A DNA stretch of 64,000 nt from an uncultured Holophagales bacterium (GTDB lineage Bacteria; Acidobacteriota; Thermoanaerobaculia; Multivoradales; UBA5704). The notes beneath the pieces are model-generated. The model searched no databases and had not been told where the DNA came from. It saw nothing but the letters and a program-made list of their open reading frames with translations. The stretch covers positions 992,001 to 1,056,000 of the forward strand of contig CAWJGT010000009.1 of the NCBI GenBank assembly GCA_963842525.1. Reading direction: 5' to 3'. How positions within the stretch are numbered: position 1 is the stretch's first letter; every line of letters begins with the position of its first letter. The translations under genes were made by a program, and so were the position numbers. Below, piece after piece: positions 32,735 through 44,700 of the stretch.

Positions 32735-35700
32735 CTAGCTTCCCCGCAGCTCCGCCAGCATCCTTTCAACCTCCTCGGGCGAGGTCTCCCGCAGCTCCGC
32801 CAGCATCCTTTCAACCTCCTCGGGCGAGGCCTCCCGCAGCTCCTCCGCCAGCATCCTTTCAACCTCCTCGGGCGAGGCCTCCCGCAGCTGTGCGGCGAGG
32901 CGGGCGAGCTCCTCGGTCTCGGACTCGTCTTCGGTCCGCGCTCGGTCCGCGGCTTCGGCCAGGGCCTGGACCGTCACGGCTTCGAAGAAGGTCGGGAGCG
33001 AGAGGCGCACGCCCAGGACGTCGTGGACGCGGACCATGATCTTCGTGGCGAGGATGGAGTCGCCTCGCAGCTCATAAAAGTTGTCGTCCAGCCCGATCTG
33101 CTCGACGGGCACGCCGAGGACCTCGGACCAGATGCGCGCGATCGCTTGCTCGGTGCCGGTCTGCGGCGGCCGGTGCTCGCGCGAACATAGCGCCAGAGCC
33201 TCCTCGGGCGCGGGCAGGGCGCGGCGGTCGACCTTTCCATTGGGTCCCAGCGGCAGCGCCGCGAGCGGCACGAAGAGCGGAGGCACCATGTAGTCCGGTA
33301 ATCTCTCGCGCAGAAAGGCGCGGAGGTTTTCCGGGTCCTGGTCCGGCACGACGTAGGCGACCAGGTGCTTGCTGCCGAGCCTCTCTCCGAGGGCCACGAC
33401 CACGGCGGCGTGGACGGACGGGTGCTCGGCGAGAGCGGCTTCGATCTCTCCCAGCTCGATCCGGTAGCCCTGGACCTTGACCTGGAAGTCTTCGCGGCCC
33501 TGGAACTCGATCGTACCGTCCGGGAAATACCTTCCAAGATCGCCGGTGCGGTACAGGCGCTCGCCGGTCTCGGGATGGCTCACGAAGCTCGCGGCCGTCT
33601 TGTCCGGATCGCGCCAATAGCCCTGCGCCAAGCCGATGCCGCCGATCCAGAGCTGGCCCGGGACCCCATCCGGCCGCGGCTCGAAACGGCTGTCCAAAAC
33701 GTGGAAGGTCTGGTTCGCCATGGGCCGGCCGTAGGGGATGCTCTTCCAGGCGGGATCGACCTCGCCGATCGGATACCAGATGGACCAGATCGACGCCTCT
33801 GTGGCGCCGCCCAGGCTGACCACCCGGGTCTGCGGGCTCAAGGCGCGGACGCGGCCGGGGAGGTCGAGAGGGATCCAGTCGCCGGAGAGGAGCGCCAGCC
33901 GCAGCGGGCTTTCCAGGCTGCCTTCGGCACTGCTGGTCTCCAGGAAATCGATCAGCATCTGGAGCAGGGCCGGCACCGAATTCCAGACCGTCACACGCTC
34001 GCTCCAGATCCGCTCCGCCCAGTGCGCCGGATCGCGTTGCGCATCGGCGCGCGGGATGACGACGGCGCCGCCGGCTGCCAGGGTGCCGAAGATGTCGTAG
34101 ACCGACAGGTCGAACGAGAGGGAGGACAGGGCGAGCACCCGGTCGTCAGGACCGATCCCATAGGCCCGGTTCACATCGAGCACCGTGTTGACCGCGCCTC
34201 GGTGATCGATCATGACCCCCTTGGGTTGGCCCGTCGAGCCGGAGGTGAAGATCACATAGGCAAGATCGGTGACCTGCTGGACCGGGTCGAGCGGCGCGCC
34301 GTCCGCGGACAGGCCGGTCCCCTCGTGGTCCAGGACCACGCGGTGGACCTCGGGCGGCCAGTCGAGGGCGGCATCCACCGCCGGGGTGGTGACGGCGATC
34401 CGCACCTCGCCGCGTTCCAGGAGTTGGTGGAGGCGCTCGCGGGGGAGGCCGGGCTCCAGTGGCAGGTATGCGGCGCCCGCGGCGAGGACCCCCAGCACCG
34501 AGACGACCTGTTCCCAGCCCTTTTCCTGGACCACCGCGACCAGGGTGTTCGGTTGCGCTCCGAGCGCGCGGAGGTGCCGGCCCAGGCGGCTCGACAGGCG
34601 GTGCAGCTCGCCGTAGGTGAGGGTCCGGCCCGGCGCCAGCACCGCCGGCCGGCCGGGCTCCGCGGCGGCCTGCCTGGCGAACAGGATGTGGAGATGCTCG
34701 CCGGAGACGGGCGCAGCGGTGGCGTTGACCTGTGCTCGGACGGCGAGTTGCTCCGCAGGTAGGAGGTGGAGGCGCTCGGCGGTCCAGGTCGCCTCGTCCT
34801 CGACGAGGCGGTGGAGCAGGGCGCCGTAGGCGTCCCAGACAGCGTCAATCAGCCCCGCGGGGAAGAGCTCGACGACGACGTCCCAGTTGAAGGTCAGCGC
34901 GCCATCCGTCTCGGCCACCTGATGGTCGAGCCAGACCTGCGGTGTCTGGCTGACCCCGTAGACCCACTCCATCCGCGGGCCGACGGCCTCGACGTCCTCC
35001 GCCGGCGCGGTGCCCTGCGTGACGTTGAGGGTGCTGGTGAAGACGACCGGCTGGAGAACGTGATGCCCGTGGACGCGCGCCAGCTCGCGTAGGACGCGCA
35101 CGCCGGACACGGCGCGGTGCTCCAGGTCCTGCCAGAGCCGTTCCTGGACGGACCGCGCGCGTGTTTCGAACCCACCGGCGCCCGACACATCCACGCCTAG
35201 CAGGGTCAAAGAGGTGAAATCGCCGAGGATCTCGTCGGCCTGCGGGTGGACCGGCAGGCGGTTGAACAGGGTCAGCGTGATGGTGAAGCGCGGGCTCTTG
35301 CTCCAGGCGGCGAGGACCTCGGAGAAAGCGGCCAGCAGCAGGCCGGACGGCGTCAGCCCGGCGCGGGCGCCACGCTCCTTGAGGCGCTGCCATGAGGCGG
35401 CCTCGAGCCCGCCGCTCCAACGCCGGAAGCGGGGCTTGTCCAGTGACGCCGGGGCCTTGGCAAGTGGCAGCTCGGGCGCGGGCGGCAGATCCTGCACGCG
35501 CTGCCGCCAATAGTCGAGGGAACGCTGCCAGTCCTCGGTCTCCTGCAGGGCCGCCTCGGCGAGCACATAGTCGCGGAACGACAGTGTGAGCGGCGGCAAG
35601 ACCGCGTCGGGCTCGCGGTAGAGGCGGGCGAGCTCGCGGGACAGGATCTCGAAGCTCCACCCGTCGCCGATCAGGACGTCCAGGCTAATGTAGAGCCGGG

Positions 35701-38700
35701 TCCGTTGCGCGTCGACCCGGGCGGCCCGGATGTCGAAGAGCGGCCAGCGGTCGGGCCGCAGGACCTGGTGCGACATGCCGGTCCGGATCTCCTGGAGCGC
35801 GGTCTCCTTCTTCACGGGATCGAGGCCGGCGAGGTCGACGGCGGCGATCTCATAGGGCGGAACCTCTGGGAGGATGCGCTGCCGGCCGTCGGGCAGGAAG
35901 ACCGCGCGCAGCATCTCGTGCCGGTCGATGGCCCGCCGCAATGCCTGGGTCAGCCGCCCGAGGTCGAGGCCGTCCGCGTCGAATTCGAAATAGATGTGGG
36001 AGCCGACGCCGCCCAGCTCGAAGGCCTCGCTACGGCCGAGCCAGTAGGCCTGCTGGATGTCGGTCAGCGGGAAGGGCTCGAAGCGGTGCTTGGGGTCCGG
36101 CACGACGACCGGCAGGGCCGCGCCTGTCGAGACGCCGAGGTCTCCCTCGCTGCGCCGCCGGGTGACGAGGGCTGCCAGCTCCGCGATCGTCGGATTTTCG
36201 AACAGCGCCGCGATGGGCAGCGCGACGCCGAAGCTCTCGCGCACCCGGCTCATGAGCGAGGTGGCGAGCAGCGAATGGCCACCCATCTCGAAGAAGCTGT
36301 CGTGCCGGCCCACGGCCTCGATGCCCAGGAGTGCCTGCCACGTCCCGGCGATGGAGCGTTCCAGGTCCCCTTCGGGAGGCACGTAGGCGTTCCGCAGGTT
36401 GGGCCGCGCATGGCCGGCGAACGGACCCCGGGTCGCCCCGGCTTCGAGCGCCGGGCTTGTGCTGACGACCGGGGCGGCGCCCCGTCCCGCGGGCCGTCGC
36501 ATCCACCGCTCCTCGCTGCGCCACGCGATTGCCGGTTCCTCACCGTGCAGGGCCTCCGCAAGCAGCCGGCCTGCCATGGCCTCGGCCCAGGCCTCGCGAT
36601 CTGACGAAGGAGGCCGGAGATCAATCGCGCGGCAGAGCAGGCCCTCCTTGGAGGCTGCCTCGCAGAGACCGGGAAGGGATGCCTTGCCGGGGTCAGTCTC
36701 TTCGTCGTCCCGTACGGCGAAGAGACCGTCTGCCACCACCAGCAGGCGCGTAGGCGATCCGTTGCGTGAGCTCAACTCGCGCAGGACGGGGAGGACGCTG
36801 CGGAAGCCCAGCTCTTCGCTGCGTTCCAGCCGGTCGAAGAGGGAGGCGTGTTCGCCGGTCGCCAGGCCCCAGAGGTGGAGGATGCGGGAGGGCGGCGTGC
36901 CGAGGGCGTCGAGCAGGACGGCGCAGTCCTCGCGGGAGCCTGGTCGGATGGTCCAGGTGCGGTCACCGGTGCGGGCGAAGGCTTCGCCGGGGATGACCAG
37001 GACGGCCTGGTGTTCAAGGTGGTGGGCGATGCGGGTCGCGAGGCCAAGGGTGTCGGCGAAGAGGACCCATCCTCCGTCCCATGCCGTCGCCCCTTCAGGG
37101 CTTGAGCTGAAAAATGGGGTGCTACCTGGGGTTGAAACCCCAGGCTTTATGCCGTCGCCCCTTTGGGGCTCACCCACCTCGCCCCCTCTATGTTCCCCCT
37201 CTCCCGGGTGGTGGGGGGGCGATGGGAGAGGGGGCCAGGGGGTGAGGACCCACGGCCGCGGCTCGACTCGGTCGACCCGCTCGATCCAATACCGGTTCCG
37301 TTCGAACGCATACGCCGGCAGCGGCACCCGTTTCCGCTGCTCCCCGGCGTGCACCCCCTTCCAATCGATCTCGACGCCGGCAATCCACAGCTTCGCGAGC
37401 GACTCCAGCACGAAGGCGCGCTCGTCGCCGGTCTCGTGGACCGATGGCAGACTGCGCACCGCAGCACGATCCCCTTCGGCAAGCCCCTCCAGGGAAGCCA
37501 GATGCTGCAACGCCAGCGAGGTCAGGCTGCCGCCGGGGCCAACTTCGAGGAGGAGGCGATCGGGCTCGCGCCACAGCTCGGTGAGGCCTGCGGCGAAGCG
37601 GACCGGGCCGCAGAGATGGCGCGACCAGTACTCGGGATCGGTGGCGTCCGCAGCGGTCAGCCAGCCGCCGGTGACGTTGGAAAGGCATGGGATGCGCGGT
37701 GGCCGTCTCTCGATCTGGCGGACAAGCTCCGTCAGCCGCGGAGCCACTGGGAGCATCATCCGCGAGTGGAAGGCGTGCGAGGTCTCGACAGGTCGGCAGG
37801 CGATTCCGTGCGCCGCGAGCTGGGATTCCAGATCGGCTATGGCTTCGGGTGGACCGGCGACGACGCAGAGCGCCGGGCCGTTGACCGCAGCCAGGGAGAG
37901 AGCCTCGCCGAGCAGCGGCTCGACCTCGGCCTCGGGGAGAGCCACGGCCAGCATCGAGCCGGCCGGCAGCTCGTCGATCCAGCGTGCCCGTTCGGCCACC
38001 AGGAGCAGCGCGTCATCGAGCGAGAGGACTCCGGAGACGCAGGCGGCCACGTACTCGCCCAGGCTGTAGCCGAGCACCGCCTGCGGCCGGACGCCCCAGG
38101 ACATCCAGAGCTTCGCCAGGGCGTACTCCAATGCGAATACCGCCGGCTGGGCGATCGCGGTCCTGGACAGCTCGCCGGTGGTGCTCTCACCTCGGCCGAG
38201 CATGCGCCGCAGGTCGGGGCCACTACCGGTTTTTGTGCCCTCGTCCAGAAGCACCTCTCGAAGATCCCGGCCGAGGTGCGGGAGGAGGATTTCAGCGCAG
38301 CGGTCCAGCTCCTCACGGAAGACCGGCTCGTCGCGATAGAGGCCCGTTCCCATTCCCGGATACTGGTCTCCCAGGCCGGAGAAGACGAAGGTGGCAGGCC
38401 GGTCCTCCGGCCCGCGGGCGCCGGTGAGGAGCCGCCGGGGATCGCGTTCCGCCAGAGCTTGTGTCGCATCTCTGACCGAACGGCAGACCAGGGCGCGACG
38501 GTGCTCCCAGCCGCGGCGCCCGGCCTGGAGGGTCCAGGCGATATTCCCGATGTTCCCCAGGCTCTCGTCCGGATGGGTTTCGAGATGCCGGGCGAGCCGG
38601 TCGGTAGCGCGCTCCAGGGCGGCTTCGGTGCGCGCGGAGAGCACCAGGAGCTGCCAGGGCCGGGCGTCCGTCGTTTCGGACTCGGGCGCCTCCTCCAGGA

Positions 38701-41700
38701 CCACATGGACGTTGGTCCCGCCCAGGCCGAAGGAGCTGACTCCGGCACGGCGCGGCGAGCCATTGCGTGGCCAGGAGGTGAGCGCGGCATTGACCCGGAA
38801 CGGCCCCGCGGCGAAGTCGATCTGCGGGTTCGGGGTCTCGAAGTGCAGGCTCGGCGGGATCTCCCGGTGCTCCAGCGCCAGGACGGTTTTGATCAGGCCG
38901 GTGATCCCCGCCGCCGCATCGAGGTGCCCGACGTTGCTTTTGACACTGCCCAGCGCGCAGGTGCCCGGGCCGGCTCCCGGACCGAAGGCCTGGTGGAGCG
39001 CCGCGACCTCGATGGGGTCTCCCAACGGTGTGGCGCTGCCATGGGCCTCGACGTACTGGATCGTTGCGGGATCGACGCCGGCCGCGGCCTGCGCCTCGGC
39101 GATGGCGCGCGCCTGCCCTTCGATGCTGGGCGCCGTATAGCCCACCTTGCCCGCGCCGTCGTTGTTGATGGCGGAGCCGCGGATCACCGCATGGATGAAG
39201 TCGCCGTCGGCGAGCGCCGCCGCGAGGGGGCGCAGGACCACGACGCCGACGCCATCGCCGCCCACCGTGCCCTGTGCGCGGGCGTCGAACGAGCGGCAGT
39301 GGCCGTCCGGCGATTCGATGCCGGTCTCCATATAGAGGTAGCCGGCCTTCTGGGGGAAGTGGACCGATACGCCGCCGGCCAGGGCCATCTCGCACTCGCC
39401 GGCGAGCAGGCTGCGGCAGGCCTCGTGGACCGCCACCAGCGACGTCGAGCAGGCGGTTTGCACGGTCATTGCCGGACCGCGCAGGTCGAGCTTGTAGGCG
39501 GCCCGCGTCGCCAGAAAATCCTTGTCATTACCCACCATCAGCCCCAGGCCGCGCGCCGACGCCGGCAGGTCGGGGTTGGTGAAAAGGTTTCCAATGCCGT
39601 AGGTGCTGAGGCCTGTGCCGGCCCAGACGCCGGCGCGGAGGCCCTCGCGGCCCGGGTCGTGCCCGGCGTTCTCCAGCGCCTCCAGCGCACATTCCAGGAA
39701 CAGCCGCTGCTGGGGATCGGTCAGCTCGGCCTCGCGCGGGCTGTAGTCGAAGAGCCCGGCGTCGAACAGGTCGGCCCCGTCGAGGATGCCGCGCGCCGGT
39801 ACGTAGGCGGGGTCACGGAACAGCTCCTCGGGGACACCGGCCGCCCGCATCTCTTCCGCGGTGAAAAAAGAGATCGATTCGACCCCTGCGCGCAGGTTCT
39901 GCCAGAGCTCGTCGACGTTTGCGGCGCCCGGGAAGCGGCCTGCCATGCCGATGATGGCGATGTCCCGGGAAGCTTGGCGCGGAGCCGTCGTCACGACAGG
40001 CGTCGGCCGCTCGCTCGTCTCGCCGCGCAGCCGGCGGGCGAGGGAGGACACGTCCGGATGGCGGAAGAGGTCGACGAGGGAGAGGTCGGACCCCAGCTCG
40101 CGGCGCAAGCGGTCGTGGACTCGCATCAACAGGAGCGAGTGCCCGCCCAGGTCGAAGAAGTTGTCCCGCAGCCCTACCCGTTCGACGCCGAGGACGTCAC
40201 GCCAGATCGCAGCGATGGCGCGCTCGGTCTGGGTGCGTGGAGTTTCGTAGACAGCCGGGACGGCCTGGGTCCGCATCCTGTCCCGGGCCTCGGTCCAGCC
40301 GGCCGGGAGCACCTGCCGGCGCTCCTCCTCGGAGAGGACGTCGACCTCGCCCAGGGACCGCTCCGGGTCTGCCGCGAACGCCGCCAGGATATGGTCGAGC
40401 CAGCCCAGCAGGCGGCGTGCTGTAACCGCCTCGAAGCGGTGGTCGTACGTGAGCTGGAGCCGCAGTTGCGCACCGGGGAGGACCGACAAGGTCAGCGGAT
40501 AGCCGGTGCGCTCGACGATGCGGACCCCGGTTACCTCCAGGTCTTCGCTTGTCGCAGCGGCCAGGGAGGCGACCGGATAGCTCTCGAAGGCAAGAAGGGT
40601 CTGGAAGAGAGGCTCACGGGCGGACAGGCCGCTCCAGCGCTGGATTTCGGGAAGCGGCGTCTGCTCGTGCTGGCGCATCCCGGCCTGCCGGGATTGGAGG
40701 TCGGAGAGCCAGCCGGCGATCCGCACGTTGGGATCAACCTCGATCCGCACGGGCAGCGTATTGACGAACAGGCCGAGGGCGGATTCGACGCCGGGCAGCT
40801 CGGGCGGGCGGCCGGCCACCACGGCGCCGAAGACCACCTCGCGCTCGCCGGTCCAGCGGGCGAGGAGGAATCCCCAGGCACCTTGCACCAACGTGTTGAG
40901 GGTCAGTCCGAGCCCGCGGGCCAGCGTCTCCAGGCGGGTGGTGTCGTCCTCGGCCAGGATCACCTCCTCCTGCCCGAAGTCGGACGCCCGCTCGGGTGGC
41001 GGCAACGACCGGTCCCAGGGGAGCCTTGCCGAGGCCGTGAGATCGGCCAGCTCGTGCCGCCACCAACGCTCGGCCTCTTCGTGATCCCGGCTCGCCAGCC
41101 AGGCCACGAAGTCGCGGTAGGGAAGGGCGGGCGGGGGCAGCGGATCGGCCGCCTCGCCCCGCCGTTCGGCCTCGTACAGGGCGAAGACCTCGGCGAAGAC
41201 CCGAGGGAGGCTCCACCCGTCCAGCAGCAGGTGGTGGAAGCTCCAGACGAAGCGGTGCTCGTCCTCGCCGGTCCGCAGCAGCGCGCCGCGCAGCAGCGGC
41301 GCCCGGGAGACGTCGAAGCCGCGCCGGCGGTCCTCCGCGGCGAAGGCCTCCAGCCGTCCGTCCGGGTCCGCGTCCCCCCGCCAGTCCTCTTCGGTCCAGG
41401 GGATCTCGACGCCGCGGCGGACGACCTGGAGCGGCTCGTCGAGATCCTGCCAGACGAAGGCGGTGCGCAGGATGCCGTGCCGGTCCACCAGCCGCTGCCA
41501 GGCGAGGCGGAAGGCGTCGGCATCCAGGTCCCCGTGCAGGGTGCAGGAGAGCTGCTCGAAGTAGATCTCACCCGCCGGGCTGTAGACGGCATGGAAGAGC
41601 AACCCCTCCTGGAGCGGCGCCAGGGGATAGAGGTCCTCGACCGTCCGGTCGTTGTCCAGGAGACGGTCCAGGCCGGACTGGTCCAGCCGGGCCAGTGGGA

Positions 41701-44700
41701 AGTCGGATGGCGTCCAGCCGCCTGCTTCGGAGGACAGGCAGTGCGCGACGAGAGCCTCGAGCTCCTCGGCGAAGCCGTGGGCCAGCGTCTCGACCGTCTC
41801 CCGTTCGTGGAGGTTCTCGCTGTAGGCAAAATGGGCGCTCAGCCGGCCGTCGCGCACCTCGGCAACAACCTCCAGGAGGTGGCGCCGCCGCGCTCGCGGG
41901 CTGCGGGGCGGCCCCGGCGACTCGGCCGCGGGAGCAAGCCGGCCCGTCTCTTCCAGAACCAGGTCGAGGCGGCCCAGGTAGTTGAAGACCACCTCCGACG
42001 GCGGCAGGGCGGCGAGCGGCTCCGCGTCCTCGGGCTCGCCCAGGTAGCGTAGGAGCCCGAAGCCGAGCCCACGCGACGGCACCGCCCGGAGCTGCTCCTT
42101 GACTCTTCGGAGGGCCTGGCGGGGTGGGCCCTCACCCCCGGCCCCTCTCCCATCCGCACTCCCAACCACCGGGAGAGGGGAGCCCCCACCCAGGAGTATC
42201 CGAGGAGGTGCTTCTTCCCCCCTCTCCCGGTGGGTTGGGAGTGCGGATGGGAGAGGGGGGCCAGGGGGGTGAGGGTCCGCAAGATCGAGGACGATCGGAT
42301 AGAGGACCGTAAACCACCCGACAGTGCGCGAGAGGTCCGCCCCCGGAAGGATCAGCTCCTCTTCGCGGCCGTGCCCTTCGAGGTCCAGCCGCAGTCGTGG
42401 TGCGCCGGTCCAGCGCGCCAGGGTCTGGGCCAGGGCGGTCAGCAGCAGGTCTTCGGTCCGCGCGTGGTAAGCCCCGGGGGCCTCCTGGAGGAGCGCGCGG
42501 GTGACCTCGGGGGCAAGGGAGACATCGACCGTCGCCAGGGACGACTCGACGTTCTCGCCGCCCGGCCGGTCGACCGGAATTGGCGGTCCCGGGGGAAGCG
42601 CCAGCCACCAGCCCAGCTCATGGCGGAACCGGGCCGCGCCGGCAGCCTGCGCGATCCGCTCGGCCCACCGTTTCCAGGAGATGGTCTTCGGCGGGAGCTG
42701 GACCGGCTGGCCCGCCGCGGCCTGCTCCCAGGCGGCCTCCAAGTCTTCCAGGAGGATGCGCCACGAGACGCCGTCCACCACCAGGTGATGGATGGCGAGA
42801 AGCAGCCGCGCGCCCGACGGGCCGAGGCCGAAGAGCGCGAACCGCAGGAGAGGGCCGTCCTGGAGGTCGAGGCTCGCCTGGACCTGCGCCGCGGCTGATT
42901 CCAGGGCCGGCCGGCGGAGGGGCTTGGGGAGCGCCGAGAGGTCGACGTGGATGACTGGCGGCTCGGCCGAGGGCTCGCCAAAGGCTGCCCGCATCCCATC
43001 CCCTCCGAACCGGAGACGTAGCGCGTCATGGTGCTCCACCAGCGCGCCGACCGCCCGCCGCAGCGCTGACGCCTCTACATCGCCTCGGATGTCCAGAAGG
43101 ACGGCCTGGTTGAAGTGCCAGGGCTCTTCGGGGCGGCTGTCCAGGAACCAGCGTTGGACCGGGGTGAGCGGCGCGCTGCCGGTGACCCGTCCGGCCTCTT
43201 CCGGCAGGGTGGCCTCCGCACCGAGCTTCCCGGGCTACGGCGGCCAGCTCCGCCACGGTCTGCCGTTCGAAGACCTGCCGCGGGGTGACGGCGAGCCCCT
43301 CGCGGCGGGCGCGGGCAACCATCTGGATGCTCAGGATCGAATCGCCGCCGAGCCGGAAGAAGTTGTCACGGACCCCGACGCGGGGCACCCCCAGGACCTC
43401 GGCCCAGACTGCCGCCAAAGCCTCCTCCCTGGGTGTGCGCGGCGCCGCGTGTCCTTCGCCCCTCTCGACACCGGCGCGGGCATCCGGCGCCGGCAGGGCG
43501 CGCCGGTCGATCTTGCCGCTCGGCGTGAGCGGCAGGGCCGACAGGATCACCCAGAGTGCGGGCACCATGTACGCCGGCAGGCGCTCCGCCAGCCAGGAAC
43601 GCAGGTCCGCGATCGGGTGCTCGATCTCTGTCTCCAGCACCACATAGGCCGCGAGCCGGTCGTCGCGCGGCACCACGGCCGCCTCGCGCACGTGCGGATG
43701 GCCGGCCAGGACCGCCTCGATCTCCCCCGGCTCGATGCGAAACCCTCTTACCTTGACCTGGCGATCGATCCGTCCCAGCAGGTCGATCTCGCCCCAGGGC
43801 CGCCAGCGGACGAGGTCGCCGGTCCTGTAGAGACGGCCGCCCGGGATCTCTGCGAATGGATCAGGTGAGAACCGCTCTGCCGTCAGGTCCGGACGCCCGA
43901 GATACCCGCGGGCAAGCCCGTCGCCGGCCAGGCACAGCTCGCCGCGAGCGCCCAGCGGCACCGGCCGCAGCTCGCGGTCCAGCAGCCAGGCGCGGGTCCC
44001 TGCGACCGGCCGGCCGATCGAGGGCTCGCCGGCCGCGCCGGGAAGGAGCCGGCTGGCGGTGGAGTAGACCGTGTCCTCGGTCGGCCCGTAGAGGTTCCAG
44101 ACCCGCTCGACCGTCGGGATCTTGTGGAGGGCTTCAGCCAGCCGGAGCGGGAACGGCTCGCCGGCCAGATTGACCGTCCGCACCGACGGCGGGAGGCCCT
44201 CGATCCGCAGCAGCTCGGCCATGGCCGAGGGCACCGTGTTGACCAGCTCCACCTCGCCGGCTGCAGGGATCTCGGGAAAGACCAGGGCGTTCTCGGCCAG
44301 GATGACCGTCCCGCCGCACGCCAGGGGCGCGAAGATCTCGAACACCGAGATGTCGAAGCTGATCGAGGTGGACGCCAGGACGCCGCGGGCGAGCTCGCCG
44401 GCGAATTGTTCGATGGCCCAGCCGATGAGTGCCGCGGCGCTGCGGTGGGTCACCCCCACGGCCTTGGGAAGGCCGGTGGAGCCCGAGGTGTAGATGAGGT
44501 AGGCGAGGTGGTCGGGAGAAGGCGGGACCTCACCCCCTGGCCCCCTCTCCCATCTCCCACCCACCCATCCCCGGGAGAGGGGGGACGTTGTTGACGCCTC
44601 CGTGGCGAGCTCGCCGAACGGCTCCGGATGCGTTCCCCCTCTCCCGGCGGGGGGTGGAAGGAAGATGGGAGAGGGGGCCAGGGGGTGAGGTCCCGGCATC

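Noticed and set aside
37163-42052. Very long antisense ORFs (e.g. 37163-42052, 46611-48644, 61849-63924, 17867-19687)
   Set aside because: Shadow frames of high-GC genes on the opposite strand; no recognisable motifs.
171-43231. Single-base frameshifts at ~172, ~9795, ~29972, ~30147 and ~43230 as programmed frameshifting or true pseudogenes
   Set aside because: Each is a +1 base, mostly in 2-3 nt runs, with intact motifs on both sides and no slippery heptamer; sequencing or assembly error is more likely. Needs read-level confirmation.
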